Below are positions 1-10,500 of a stretch of DNA of 64,000 bases, piece after piece (position 1 is the stretch's first letter; every line of letters begins with the position of its first letter). Origin of the DNA: Bacteroidota bacterium. Its GTDB lineage: Bacteria; Bacteroidota; Bacteroidia; Chitinophagales; Chitinophagaceae. Made by a program: the position numbers and the translations under genes. The notes under the pieces are model-generated. The model did not search any database and was not told the origin of the DNA. It worked only from the letters and a program-made list of their open reading frames with translations. Where the stretch lies: positions 114,707 to 178,706 of the forward strand of contig CANHGS010000003.1 in assembly GCA_947460595.1 (NCBI GenBank). Reading direction: 5' to 3'.

Positions 1-8
1 CTAGGCAA

Positions 9-118
9 TAAAAAATCCACCACCGCTTGTTTGCTAATCCTCCCCGATTCACAAACTTTGGTGGTAGATCATTTAGGTTTTGAACTCAGACCTCCATTGA
101 GTTGGTCTGAATTCAAAA
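9..118 (-). other. Two adjacent hairpins, the left one terminator-like on the minus strand
   Basis: Stem TTTTGAACTCAGACC (78-92) / GGTCTGAATTCAAAA (104-118), 14/15 complementary; imperfect stem CCACCA (17-22) / TGGTGG (59-64) with inner GTTTG/CAAAC and AATC/GATT pairs, followed by a T-run on the minus strand. Confidence 0.4.
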
Positions 119-255
119 TTATTTATGTCTTAAAAAAAACTAACGAATTAGGTGAACTTATCAGTTCCATAAAAGGAAATTTCCTATTTTTAATTGTCCG
201 ATGAAAAATAAAAAAAGGTTACTTTCCTTTAATATGTTATGATAATCAATATATT

Positions 256-1638
256 ATGCTTTTTCGCAGCTTTACCTGTCTTTGTCTGATTTTTTGGTCA
301 ACCTGTCTGTTTTCCCAGGAAATTGACAGTATTATTTGGGTGAAAAAAACAGGTTTTATAGAAAAATTATCCCGTAAAAAGGGGGATTTTATTCTTAATT
401 GGGCTCCTCCAAATGCGCTAGCGCTGCCTCTTTCCAAAAAACTACAATCTAGGGGTCAGCAATTGATTCAGTGCAATAGGGGTTTATTGTTGCATTTTGC
501 TGGCGGCGGTTTAATGTATAAAAAGAAAGCCTCAAAGCCAACAGATAGTCTTTGGGCTTTTGAAAGAATTGATCAAAGTGAAAATGACAGTTACAATTTT
601 TCTGCTTATTCCTTTGTGAGCGGTGATGAGGTTTATAATATTGGGGGCTATGGATTTTGGAAATCCAACGGAACCCTGAGAAAATTCAATTGGAAGGATA
701 AAGAATGGGACGTAGCCCCTACTAGCGAAGAAATATTTATACCCGGGCTTCAGGAAATTAATTGGCATGACAACCAGCACCAACAACTCTATATTCCATT
801 TCAACAAGAGATTAATTCAGGTTTGTTGAGAGTTGAAATGAAAAATAAAGTATCCAGAACCTTCTATCGTTTAAACTTAAAAAATTTTCAATGGGAATAT
901 CTGGGCCGAACAAGTGAACAAATCATGAACTTGCTTGAAACATCTAATTTGCATGTAGCTACCGAGCATGGACTATTGTCTGTTTCCAATGACGAAGTCT
1001 ATTTGGTGGATTATGATCATAATAAGGTTGGAATCTATCAAAATAGTTCATTTGCTCAAAGTCTTTTGAGAATGAGCAATAGTTACCTTAGGTATTATGA
1101 CCAAGGTCAATTGTATTTTTTTAACCCAATGAATGGTCAAACAGATTCCGTTTTAATTAATAAGAAAGATTTTAAGGAAGCCGGTTACCCTATATGGAGA
1201 ACCACCCATATAACCTACTGGCTAGTGGGCGGATTTTTGTTATTGATAGTTTCAGGTGGAGGAATTTATTGGTATTTAAAAAGAAAGCCTGCTACTGCTT
1301 ATTCAAGCCAAATAAAATCGTCTCAACCTATTAAAATAAATTTTTCAGAAACGGAAAGCGCTTTAATTGAATTATTATTAAACCAAAGCCAGCAAGGCTT
1401 AACTGCCAGTATACAGGAAATCAATTATGTACTTGGTACAAAAAATAAAAATACCGGTATGCAAAAAAAGGTGAGAAGTGATGTGATTAATAGCATCAAC
1501 GAAAAATATAGCTACCTAACACAGGAGTCAACCCTTTTAATAGAAAGCATTAGAAGCGCAACAGACAAGCGCTATTTTGAATACCTGATTAATCAGGAAG
1601 AAGCAAAGGCTATTCGTGAATTAATGTCTACTAATTAG
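256..1638 (+). CDS. Hypothetical membrane protein: signal peptide, kelch-like extracytoplasmic region, one TM helix, C-terminal winged-helix-like domain
   Basis: 460 aa; hydrophobic N-terminus; kelch-like 'VYNIGGYGFW'; TM 'YWLVGGFLLLIVSGGGIYWYL' then KRK; cytoplasmic tail 'FSETESALIELLL...EINYVLG...KKVRSDVINSINEK'. Confidence 0.6.
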   Translation: MLFRSFTCLCLIFWSTCLFSQEIDSIIWVKKTGFIEKLSRKKGDFILNWAPPNALALPLSKKLQSRGQQLIQCNRGLLLHFAGGGLMYKKKASKPTDSLWAFERIDQSENDSYNFSAYSFVSGDEVYNIGGYGFWKSNGTLRKFNWKDKEWDVAPTSEEIFIPGLQEINWHDNQHQQLYIPFQQEINSGLLRVEMKNKVSRTFYRLNLKNFQWEYLGRTSEQIMNLLETSNLHVATEHGLLSVSNDEVYLVDYDHNKVGIYQNSSFAQSLLRMSNSYLRYYDQGQLYFFNPMNGQTDSVLINKKDFKEAGYPIWRTTHITYWLVGGFLLLIVSGGGIYWYLKRKPATAYSSQIKSSQPIKINFSETESALIELLLNQSQQGLTASIQEINYVLGTKNKNTGMQKKVRSDVINSINEKYSYLTQESTLLIESIRSATDKRYFEYLINQEEAKAIRELMSTN

Positions 1639-1709
1639 CTATTTTAAACGCAGGTGCTGGCTTGCTACCAAAGTCAATCTTACTTTACAATCAAGTAACA
1701 ATAATGTAT

Positions 1710-2945
1710 CTATTTACCCAGTATTTTCTGATACCGTTGTAACGCTTCTAAAAAATAATAGTCGGCATAAATGAGGGGGACGTCTATTTCTACCCCATGT
1801 GCAATACTACCCACACTATGTTTGAGCAAGAAATTGGCATCGGCTCCTTCTGCAGCCCTGTAAGCAGGACTAGCCAAAGATTCCAGAATGGCAATAGCTT
1901 GAGCTTGATACCATGTAGACTTAGTGCCCGCATAATTGGCTAACTCCAATAAGGCAGAAGCGGTAATAGCAGCAGCAGAAGCATCTCTATATGGTTGAGG
2001 GTGTTCCACCGCATGAGAATTTTTTCCAGGATGATAAGCAGAATCGCCCCTATTAAAATCCCAATAAGGCACTTTATCTTTTGGCAGCGTCTTAGCATTC
2101 AAATACCAATCGGCCATACCCATGGCCGTCTTTAAAAATCTAGGGTCTTTTGTTTCTCTATAAATCATGGTAAAGCCATAGATACCCCAGGCTTGCCCCC
2201 TTGACCAAGTAGAATTGTCGGCGTAGCCCTGAGCCGTTTCCCTACCCACTACTTTACCCGTAAGCGTATCATAACAAACTACGTGAAAGCTGCTATAATC
2301 ATCCCTGATTTGATATTTCATAGCTGTTTCTGCGTGTTTGATAGCTATCTCCTTATAAATAGGATCCCCAGTTTGTTTGCTAGCAAAAAACAATAATTCT
2401 AGGTTCATCAAGTTGTCAATGATTACTGGAAAATCATAGGTTTTATTACCGTGCCAAGAAACAAATTTGTTCCAAGACTTAATACTACCTGCTGTTTTGT
2501 TATAGCGTGTACACAATGATTTAGCAGATTGTATAAGAATATCGCGGTAAGCTTTATTCCCTGTAAGGCGATATGCATTACCATAACTGCAGTACATCAT
2601 GAATCCAAGGTCATGGTGCTGGGTGAAGAATTGCAAAGGCTCTAAGCGCCTGGTCCATTCTTGGGCCTTGGCCTCTAGTTCTTTATCATTAAGTGATTCT
2701 GCTGCCAACCACAACTCCCCTGGGAAAAACCCTGTAGTCCAATCGTATAAATTGGTGGCAAGCATATTGCCCTTTGCGTCAATTGTTTTAGGAAAGATAT
2801 TAGGGCGCTTGTCGGCATCTGCTAACATATGTTTTAACTGCACACTGGCAAATCTAAAATTTTCCTTTACAAATGGTTTTCCGTCTGTAAAAGGTAAGAA
2901 AGAGCAGAATGTCATACAGCAGATGACAACAATGGAACTTTTCAT
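1710..2945 (-). CDS. GH88 unsaturated glucuronyl hydrolase
   Basis: Motifs DWTTGFFPGELW, HDLGFMMYCSYG, VIIDNLMNLELL, WSRGQAWGIYGF, YADYYFLEAL. Confidence 0.92.
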   Translation of the reverse strand: MKSSIVVICCMTFCSFLPFTDGKPFVKENFRFASVQLKHMLADADKRPNIFPKTIDAKGNMLATNLYDWTTGFFPGELWLAAESLNDKELEAKAQEWTRRLEPLQFFTQHHDLGFMMYCSYGNAYRLTGNKAYRDILIQSAKSLCTRYNKTAGSIKSWNKFVSWHGNKTYDFPVIIDNLMNLELLFFASKQTGDPIYKEIAIKHAETAMKYQIRDDYSSFHVVCYDTLTGKVVGRETAQGYADNSTWSRGQAWGIYGFTMIYRETKDPRFLKTAMGMADWYLNAKTLPKDKVPYWDFNRGDSAYHPGKNSHAVEHPQPYRDASAAAITASALLELANYAGTKSTWYQAQAIAILESLASPAYRAAEGADANFLLKHSVGSIAHGVEIDVPLIYADYYFLEALQRYQKILGK

Positions 2946-2965
2946 ATTGCTAAATTTTAGAATTT

Positions 2966-4897
2966 TTATCTTTTGGAGATGTTGATGATATATTTTCCTG
3001 CGCCAATAATTTGTTTGGCAGTAAGGCTTAATCTATAGAGTTCTTTGCCCCATACAGATGATAGTCTAGGGTCAGTCTGAGTGACTGTTTCTATTGTTGC
3101 TTGAAACTGGTTTTTATCATAAACCAAGACCAATTTTTTTCCTTCTTTTTCTAGTAGTACTTCTCCTGCCAGACTTATATCGGGTTTGCCCCAAGTCATA
3201 AAATTGAGCTGATTGGGAGCTTCTGCTTTTTGTAATTGAAATTGGTCTGTAATAGTTAATCCCTTTGTTTCAGAAAGTACATAATTTCTTTGCCATTTTT
3301 CCACCGACACCTCTTTTTGATAGGCGGTAGAAAGGTCTAAAGAGAAGGTGTTTTTAACAGAATCAAACTGCACATTCTTAGCCTTATACTGTGCACCAAA
3401 AGATTGTGGTTTGCCATTGATCATGGGTAGGTTGTGATAATTACTTTGCATGGTCCAGATGGTATAGCGTTCACTGCTAAAGGTTTGTCTGGTATAGGTT
3501 CCCACCCCAACATCAATGATCATAGGAAATTTGTCTACATATAAAGAGAATGTACCAACGTCATTGTGGTTATGACTTTCTGCATTGTATCCCGCTTTGG
3601 CTGCAAAAAACAAGCCAGCGCCATTATTCATATAACAGAATTGGGTTTGCGGATACCAAGAATACTTGGCTTCAACAACCGATGGTGAAACCATTGCTAA
3701 GGCTTGATCATAATAAAGATTTTCAAAAGACCTAAAGAGGTCCCTGCCTTCACTCATTTCTGGTTCTTTATTTTGACGGGCTAAATAGGCAGCAAAATGT
3801 TGCATGTCTGAGCTATTAACTGCTTTACCATATCTATAAATTAAGCCCGGATTGCCACCTCCTTTTGCTGATGCATCTGCAAAATTGACTACCCAGCCAT
3901 TGCCCACATAACTACGAGCAATATATTCACCCATGTTTTTTATAATGGGTTGATTAAAAATAGAAACCTTAGCCCCAGTTGCATCGTGTAATAATTGCAA
4001 ATAGTCGTACATTTTCCCAGCAGCATGACCCCAGTAAGAGGGGCCTTCTTCACAAGCGCCGTCTGCATGATTGTAATTGATGAATTTGTCAACAGACACC
4101 ATGGTCTTATAAATAGCCGCTGCCTGTTTGTCTTTATCCGGTTCCAATAATAAAAAACAGGTAAGCATATTAAAATTGCACCAAGGGTTCCAGTTATTTA
4201 CCATAGTGCTTGGCTTAGCGTTCACTGCTTGCCACCAATAGTCATCTCTTGCCATATAAGGATCTAAGATTCTATCCTGCAAATTTTTGCGCAATTTTTT
4301 TGCAATGATGGGATTCTTTTTGTCCATCTCATCTTTTAACAAGATATAGGTCCATGAAAAAAAAGATCCTAGGTCCCCTGCAGTTAGATCAATGATTTGC
4401 TCAGAAAAATCTGGCAAAGACCTAGTAGATTTTTGTGCGGCCATATGCGCAGATAATACCCAAGAAGACATTTCACAAGCATGCCATACACCATTGACAA
4501 TTTGGTTGATAAATCTACCTTTGCCTTCTGAAAGTTCCGCTAATACCAGGGCGCTCAGGGCATTCATATTAGACGTAAAAGGTTTTTCCATGGCAACCCT
4601 ACTACCTGTCCATTCATATTCTAGATAGTCTGTTGCCTTTACCACTCTCCATTCATAGTCTAATTGTTTCTCTCCAGCAGCAATTAACTGATTTTTGTAT
4701 TTGCCAGATAGTTGATCCCATGCTGCGCGATTGTTGTAGGCAGGAATCTTACTCCATTGCGCCATTGGCAACAAAACATTTTTTAAATTTTGTACCGTAG
4801 TTGTTTTCTGCAAAAGGTCTCGATACTCATGTGCTGAAACTTGCACATAAAATAAGAAGGCCGCTAAGGTGAACAAGATTTTTATTCTGGCAGTCAT
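2966..4897 (-). CDS. Heparinase II/III-like polysaccharide lyase (plausibly PL33)
   Basis: 643 aa with signal peptide; NNWNPWCN, GACEEGPSYWGHA, HNHNDVGTF, TMQSNYHNLPMING. Confidence 0.82.
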   Translation of the reverse strand: MTARIKILFTLAAFLFYVQVSAHEYRDLLQKTTTVQNLKNVLLPMAQWSKIPAYNNRAAWDQLSGKYKNQLIAAGEKQLDYEWRVVKATDYLEYEWTGSRVAMEKPFTSNMNALSALVLAELSEGKGRFINQIVNGVWHACEMSSWVLSAHMAAQKSTRSLPDFSEQIIDLTAGDLGSFFSWTYILLKDEMDKKNPIIAKKLRKNLQDRILDPYMARDDYWWQAVNAKPSTMVNNWNPWCNFNMLTCFLLLEPDKDKQAAAIYKTMVSVDKFINYNHADGACEEGPSYWGHAAGKMYDYLQLLHDATGAKVSIFNQPIIKNMGEYIARSYVGNGWVVNFADASAKGGGNPGLIYRYGKAVNSSDMQHFAAYLARQNKEPEMSEGRDLFRSFENLYYDQALAMVSPSVVEAKYSWYPQTQFCYMNNGAGLFFAAKAGYNAESHNHNDVGTFSLYVDKFPMIIDVGVGTYTRQTFSSERYTIWTMQSNYHNLPMINGKPQSFGAQYKAKNVQFDSVKNTFSLDLSTAYQKEVSVEKWQRNYVLSETKGLTITDQFQLQKAEAPNQLNFMTWGKPDISLAGEVLLEKEGKKLVLVYDKNQFQATIETVTQTDPRLSSVWGKELYRLSLTAKQIIGAGKYIINISKR

Positions 4898-4902
4898 CTT
4901 AG

Positions 4903-5715
4903 TTATTTTAACTGATAGTATTTAACATAGTCCACTTTCATGATGGTACTTGTTGATTTTTGGGTACCGTATCCTCCAGCAGGAATAGGACCAGCCCATG
5001 TGCCAGCCGCATAATTCTTCACTTCTGAACTCAAAATGATGAACTCTGCCTTTTGAGAAACAGTTGCAGAGAAATCCCAGGTTTTCACACCGTCTACATA
5101 GAAGCGGTAATAATTGGGAGTCCATTCTAATGTATACAAATGATAGCTACCTGAATTAGCGCCCAGGTCTCCCGTTTTTACACCTGCTGTTTTGTGATAA
5201 GCATCATAGCCATCCCAGTGTAAATTTTGATGCACCCTTCCATCATTACTTAAAGTTTCTACAACGTCTATTTCCATACCCGCTGCTTGTGGATTACCAA
5301 TAGGATTGCCCATGGTGGCACTTTGGAGCCAGAAAGCAGACCATGAACCATACTTGTTACTAAAAGCTATTCTTGCTTCAAATTTTCCGTATTTATATTC
5401 TTTTTTGGTAGCCACCATGCCTGTGTGATGGGTTATTTTTCCAGCAACAGTATCAGAATACACTTTGATGACTAAGTTTCCTTGCCCATCAGTACTTACT
5501 GTTGTGGTATCATTAAAGCCATCGTGTCTAATTCCTGGAATGCGATGATACCATTCAACCGGGTCCATTTGGGTGCCATTAAAATCATCTTGCCAAGCAA
5601 GGGTATATTGTGGCTCTACCACTACCGGAGGCGTTACGGGTGTTACTGGAGCCTCATTTTTCTTACAGGAAAAGAGTAAGAAAGCGGCAATCATATAGGA
5701 CAACATTTTTCTCAT
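4903..5715 (-). CDS. GH16 glycoside hydrolase lipoprotein
   Basis: Lipobox LLFSC; catalytic EIDVVE; YGKFEARI, WSAFWLQ, VDYVKYYQ. Confidence 0.88.
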   Translation of the reverse strand: MRKMLSYMIAAFLLFSCKKNEAPVTPVTPPVVVEPQYTLAWQDDFNGTQMDPVEWYHRIPGIRHDGFNDTTTVSTDGQGNLVIKVYSDTVAGKITHHTGMVATKKEYKYGKFEARIAFSNKYGSWSAFWLQSATMGNPIGNPQAAGMEIDVVETLSNDGRVHQNLHWDGYDAYHKTAGVKTGDLGANSGSYHLYTLEWTPNYYRFYVDGVKTWDFSATVSQKAEFIILSSEVKNYAAGTWAGPIPAGGYGTQKSTSTIMKVDYVKYYQLK

Positions 5716-5758
5716 ACGGGATCTTTATAAGATAATCAAAAGCTACAAAAAGATAAAA

Positions 5759-5783
5759 GGAGTGTTGCTTTTGGCAACACTCC
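5759..5783 (-). terminator. Intrinsic terminator / stabilising hairpin between susD and GH16
   Basis: Perfect 10-bp stem GGAGTGTTGC/GCAACACTCC, 5-nt loop, U-rich tail on the minus strand. Confidence 0.65.
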
Positions 5784-5817
5784 AGATTTGAACTGTTATA
5801 CCTGCTATTAAGAAAAA

Positions 5818-7578
5818 CTAGTTAGGCCAACCTGGGTTTTGTTTCAGGTTAGGATTTCTTTCTATTTCTACTTGTGGAATAGCCCAAGCATTTAAATAAT
5901 CCCCGCCATAGGTATAGCTATTGACATTGGCTCCCCAAACCTGTCTAGAACCATTACCCGTTCTGAAAACCGTATTCTTCCAAGTATTCCAACGCAGTTC
6001 ATCAAAATAATTGATGCCCTCATTAGGAAACTCTACCCTACGTTCATCACGTACCCGGTCTCTTAAATTGGCCTGACTAGAAACATAAGTTCCCTTGGTA
6101 GGATCTGTTTGTTGTAAAGCTGGCATTCCTGCTCTTGTGCGCACTTCGTTCACTTTTAAGATGGCTTCAGGAAGATTGTTTAATTCAACCAATGCTTCTG
6201 CCCACATCAATAATACATCGGCGTAGCGAATCAGGGGATGATCAATAGGACCATAAGACCTGTTCAGGGTTTCAGCATTCCCTTCAGCAACAAATTTGCG
6301 ATAGAGGTAGTAGAAGAAAGTTTGGGTATCTGTTTGCAAATCAAAAGTAGGTGCGTTAATAGTTCTATAAGGGAACCTACTAGTAACAGTTTGATTACCT
6401 GCACCCAATACGCCATTATAATTACCGTAGGGCGTGATCACGTTTGCAGCCAATCTTGAATCTCTTCCGGTCCATGCTTTACTAATTCTAGCTTCATTTC
6501 CAGCAACCAAATACTTACTCATATCAGCACCACGCCCAGCTGCGGCTGTTTGTTCTGCAGCTGTCATGCCATCGCGTAAAAAATAAACTTGTCTAGCAAC
6601 AGCAGACATGGCATTATAACCAGGAATAATGGTTTCCCAGTTAAACTTAGTACCGTCTGCATTTTCATATAAATCTACCAAGTTAGGAGATACCAAATAA
6701 GTATTCCAACATGAACCAAAGCTTGCCCTTGTTCCACAGAAGAATTGGGTAGTAGAACCTAGGTTCACCACGCCTGTATTTTGAATAGAGAAAATCATTT
6801 CATCAGATTGCTCATTAGCTTCTTTGAACAACAGGGTATAGTTAGCAAACAGTGTATGACCCAACTCTTTTACCTTGGCAAAATCGGCTACCGCTTCTGA
6901 CCATTTTTGGGTATACATATATATTTTGCCCCTTAGCGCATAGGCTGCAGATTTGGTTACACGTCCAAATCCAGGATTACCCTTGGTATACTTATTTGGC
7001 AAATTTGGTTCATTAATACAATCCGTTAAATCTTTAATTGCCTGATCCCAAACTGCTTGTTCGGTATCTCTTGGCTTGGTTGCTTCTTCAATTTTAAATG
7101 GAGCTAAATAAATAGGAACCCCTTTGAATACTTGGTTTAAACGGAAATAATAATAAGCACGTAAAAATTTTGCTTCCGCTATTAATTTCCCTTTTTTTAC
7201 TGCGGAAGAGGGAGACTTTAAAGGAATATTGGTAATGGCATCATTGGCCCTAACAATTCCTTCATAAAAATTTTGCCAATTGGAACTAAACAAACCATTA
7301 CCTGGCGTGATGGTTCCTTGCAATAAGGATTCCGCGTCTCGCGTTTGACCAGTAAAAGAAAAACGGTCATACTGGTACATTTCCAAACCAGAAGCGGCAC
7401 CAGTATTCTGTCCTAAACGGAGTGCATTATAAATACCTGTGACACCTAGGTCAGTTAAGTTATCAGAAGTCCACATGGTCTCAGAGGCTAAAGCATCATA
7501 AGGCGCTGTGTCCAAAAGTGTTTTCTTGCAACCTAGTAAGATCAGGGGCAAGCTGCATATCAAGAGTAATTTTTTCAT
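5818..7578 (-). CDS. susD: RagB/SusD family nutrient-binding lipoprotein
   Basis: Lipobox LLGC; EAKFLRAYYYFRL, IRYADVLLMWAEA, ERRVEF.NEG..YFDELRW, QNPGW; directly downstream of SusC. Confidence 0.95.
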   Translation of the reverse strand: MKKLLLICSLPLILLGCKKTLLDTAPYDALASETMWTSDNLTDLGVTGIYNALRLGQNTGAASGLEMYQYDRFSFTGQTRDAESLLQGTITPGNGLFSSNWQNFYEGIVRANDAITNIPLKSPSSAVKKGKLIAEAKFLRAYYYFRLNQVFKGVPIYLAPFKIEEATKPRDTEQAVWDQAIKDLTDCINEPNLPNKYTKGNPGFGRVTKSAAYALRGKIYMYTQKWSEAVADFAKVKELGHTLFANYTLLFKEANEQSDEMIFSIQNTGVVNLGSTTQFFCGTRASFGSCWNTYLVSPNLVDLYENADGTKFNWETIIPGYNAMSAVARQVYFLRDGMTAAEQTAAAGRGADMSKYLVAGNEARISKAWTGRDSRLAANVITPYGNYNGVLGAGNQTVTSRFPYRTINAPTFDLQTDTQTFFYYLYRKFVAEGNAETLNRSYGPIDHPLIRYADVLLMWAEALVELNNLPEAILKVNEVRTRAGMPALQQTDPTKGTYVSSQANLRDRVRDERRVEFPNEGINYFDELRWNTWKNTVFRTGNGSRQVWGANVNSYTYGGDYLNAWAIPQVEIERNPNLKQNPGWPN

Positions 7579-7595
7579 TGTTTGTGGTTTTATGC

Positions 7596-10500
7596 TTAAA
7601 AGTTAACGTTGATGCCCAGTGCATACTGACGCATGGTGGGATATCCAATACCAGCTCCAATTTCAGGATCCAGACCAGGATACTTGGTAATCATCAATAG
7701 GTTTTCGCCAGAAACATATACCCTAGCCCTACTCATCAACATTTTTTTGGCCAATTTTTCGGGGATATTATAACCAATTTGCAGATTCTTCAGCTTAATC
7801 CAAGAAGCATTGTGCATCCACCAATCACTGGCTACTGACGTATTTTGAGGGTCACTAGATTTAAGCCTTGTATATTTTGCATTGGTATTGTTTCTAGGAT
7901 CTTTTGCATCTAAGGGATTGTAGAAATAGTGATTATCCAATACCATATTTGATAAAGCAAATCCGTTTCTAACAGAGCTATTATTATAGGTATCGTTCCA
8001 GTAATAATTGAAACCTGCTGCTCCAGCCCATACCATTGAAATGTCAAATGATTTCCAAGACATTTCTACATTAAAACCAAAAATGTATTTGGGTAATGTA
8101 GATGTGCCTGTAAATTTCTGGTCAAAGCTATTACCATATTGACCGTCACCATTTAGATCTGCATAAATTAAATCACCGTAATAAATGGCATTATTTCTAA
8201 CGGCATTGGATGGTAATAATTTATATCCAGCAGTTATCATAGCTTGTGCCCATGCCAAATCTTCTGGGGTGCGAATCATGCCATCTTTTGGACCGCCATT
8301 AATATTGACCGTACCATCAGCATTATTATAAGTACCAGATCCTTTATATACTTCATAGATTCTAAATTCATTGATTTTTTTGCCTTCTAGAATTCTATTT
8401 GTACCACCTGCAGATACCAAACCTATATTAGATTGATACACTTGTGCGCCAGTAGCGTCTGTTACATACCCTTCTACTAATTGACCTTTGTACTTGGTAA
8501 CTTGATTGGTATTATAAGCATAGTTACCAGATACCCGATAATTAAATTCTCCAGACTTACCCCTATAACCAACAGTAATCTCATATCCACTGTTTTTAAC
8601 TTCTGCTGCATTTACAATGGGTGAAGAAGCAGTACCTACAGTGAGTGGAACTGGCACTGTAGAAAGAATTCCATTTGTTAAACGTTGGTACAAATCAAAT
8701 TCAAAAAACAATTTATTATTCAACACAGAACCATCCAAACCAAAGTTGGTGGTGGTAGTGGTTTCCCATTGCAAGTCTGGATTAGCAATTCTACCAACTG
8801 CCAAACCAGAAGACTGCACATTATTAAAAGAATACAATCTTGTAGAATAGGTAGACTGCCAGTCGTAAACACCAGAAGCATTATTACCTAATTTACCCCA
8901 TGATCCCCTAATTTTCAAATTGCTCAGCCAAGACTTGGTGCCTTCCATAAATTTCTCATCTATGATTCTCCATCCAGCAGAAACTGAAGGAAACAAACCC
9001 CAACGAGTATTGGGTGAGAAGCGTGAAGAACCGTCATAACGCATGTTTGCTTCTAACAAGTACTTATTTTTAAAAGCATAATTTACCCTTCCAAACCAAG
9101 ATCTCATGGCGTAATCAGACTCACCTCCGTTGGTTGTTGTGGGTAATAAAGCAGAACCTAAAGTGGTAATACTATAATCAATTAATCCTTGTTTGCTAGC
9201 ATTGAAATTATAGGAGTTATAATACATTTGGTTGTAACCAGCCAAAGCGCTGATTTCATGATTGGATCCAATTTTGGTAGTATAACGCAACACATTGTCA
9301 ATAGTGGTTTGTGTAACTTTGTCAAAAGAATAATAAGTTGAGAAAGTAGAAGGATCTCCGGGAAAAGTTTTCACTTCATTGGTAGCAAAATTCCATCTTT
9401 CCTGAGGAACTGAATGGCTATTGTATTCACCAAATCGAATCTGATAGTTGAACCTAGATTCAAACGTTAATCCTTTGTACAAATTTACAATTGCATATAG
9501 TGTGGTATTGAATCGGCTTTGCCTATCGCTTCCAGCAGTATTATTTAAGAAAGCTAAAATGGCATTTGCAGTAGAAGATTCTTCCTGTGCATGTGGAAAT
9601 CCGTATTTGCCATCATAAGTTGGTACTACCCCTGGAGTTGTTTGCCCTAGAAAGTTAAAGGCAGATGAAGTATTACCCATGTCATAGGTCTGGGTACTGG
9701 CAAATGTTTGGGTACCCATGGTTAACCATTTGGCTACCTTTGCATCTAAGTTGGCCCTAATTTGATAACGTTTAGTACCGGTATTTTGCATAACCCCTTT
9801 GTTGTCTAAATAACCAACAGAAAGTAAATAGTTTACTTTATCGCTTCCGCCATTGATGCTGATATTATGGTTTTGTACCACTTTGTTGTCAAATAAAGCA
9901 TCACCCCAGTCAGTGTTTGGATAAGCAATTCTGTTGGGAACGCCAATGGCATTCAACTGATCTGGTATTAAGCTGGTAGAATCCCAAGCTCTTATTGTAG
10001 ATGCAGCAAAAATGGAAGGTTGACCAATATTGGTAGTTCCTTCATTGATCATTTGCATATGCCTAGAATAATTAGAATTATAGTTAGGCATATTCATGGG
10101 ATTGGTAGTAGAGAAAATCCCATTATAGGTAACGGTAGTTTTATTGCGTTGCCCTTTTTTAGTAGTTATCAGAATGACCCCATTAGCCGCTAAGCTACCG
10201 TAGATACTAGCAGATGCCGCGTCTTTTAAAATGGAGATAGTTTCTACATCAAGAGGGTTTACAGCGTCCATACTTCCAATAATTCCATCTATGACAACCA
10301 GTGGAGAGTTACTACTTAATGTACCAGTACCCCTAATGAGGATACTTGCACCATCAGAACCAGGTTGACCAGAACCCTGTCTTACATATACCCCTGAACT
10401 CAAACCAGCTAGTGAAGAAGAAAGATTGGTTACTGGCCTGTTTTCAATCTGTTTAGCAGAAATGGTAGCAACTGAACCAGTCATATTTACTTTTTTCTGG

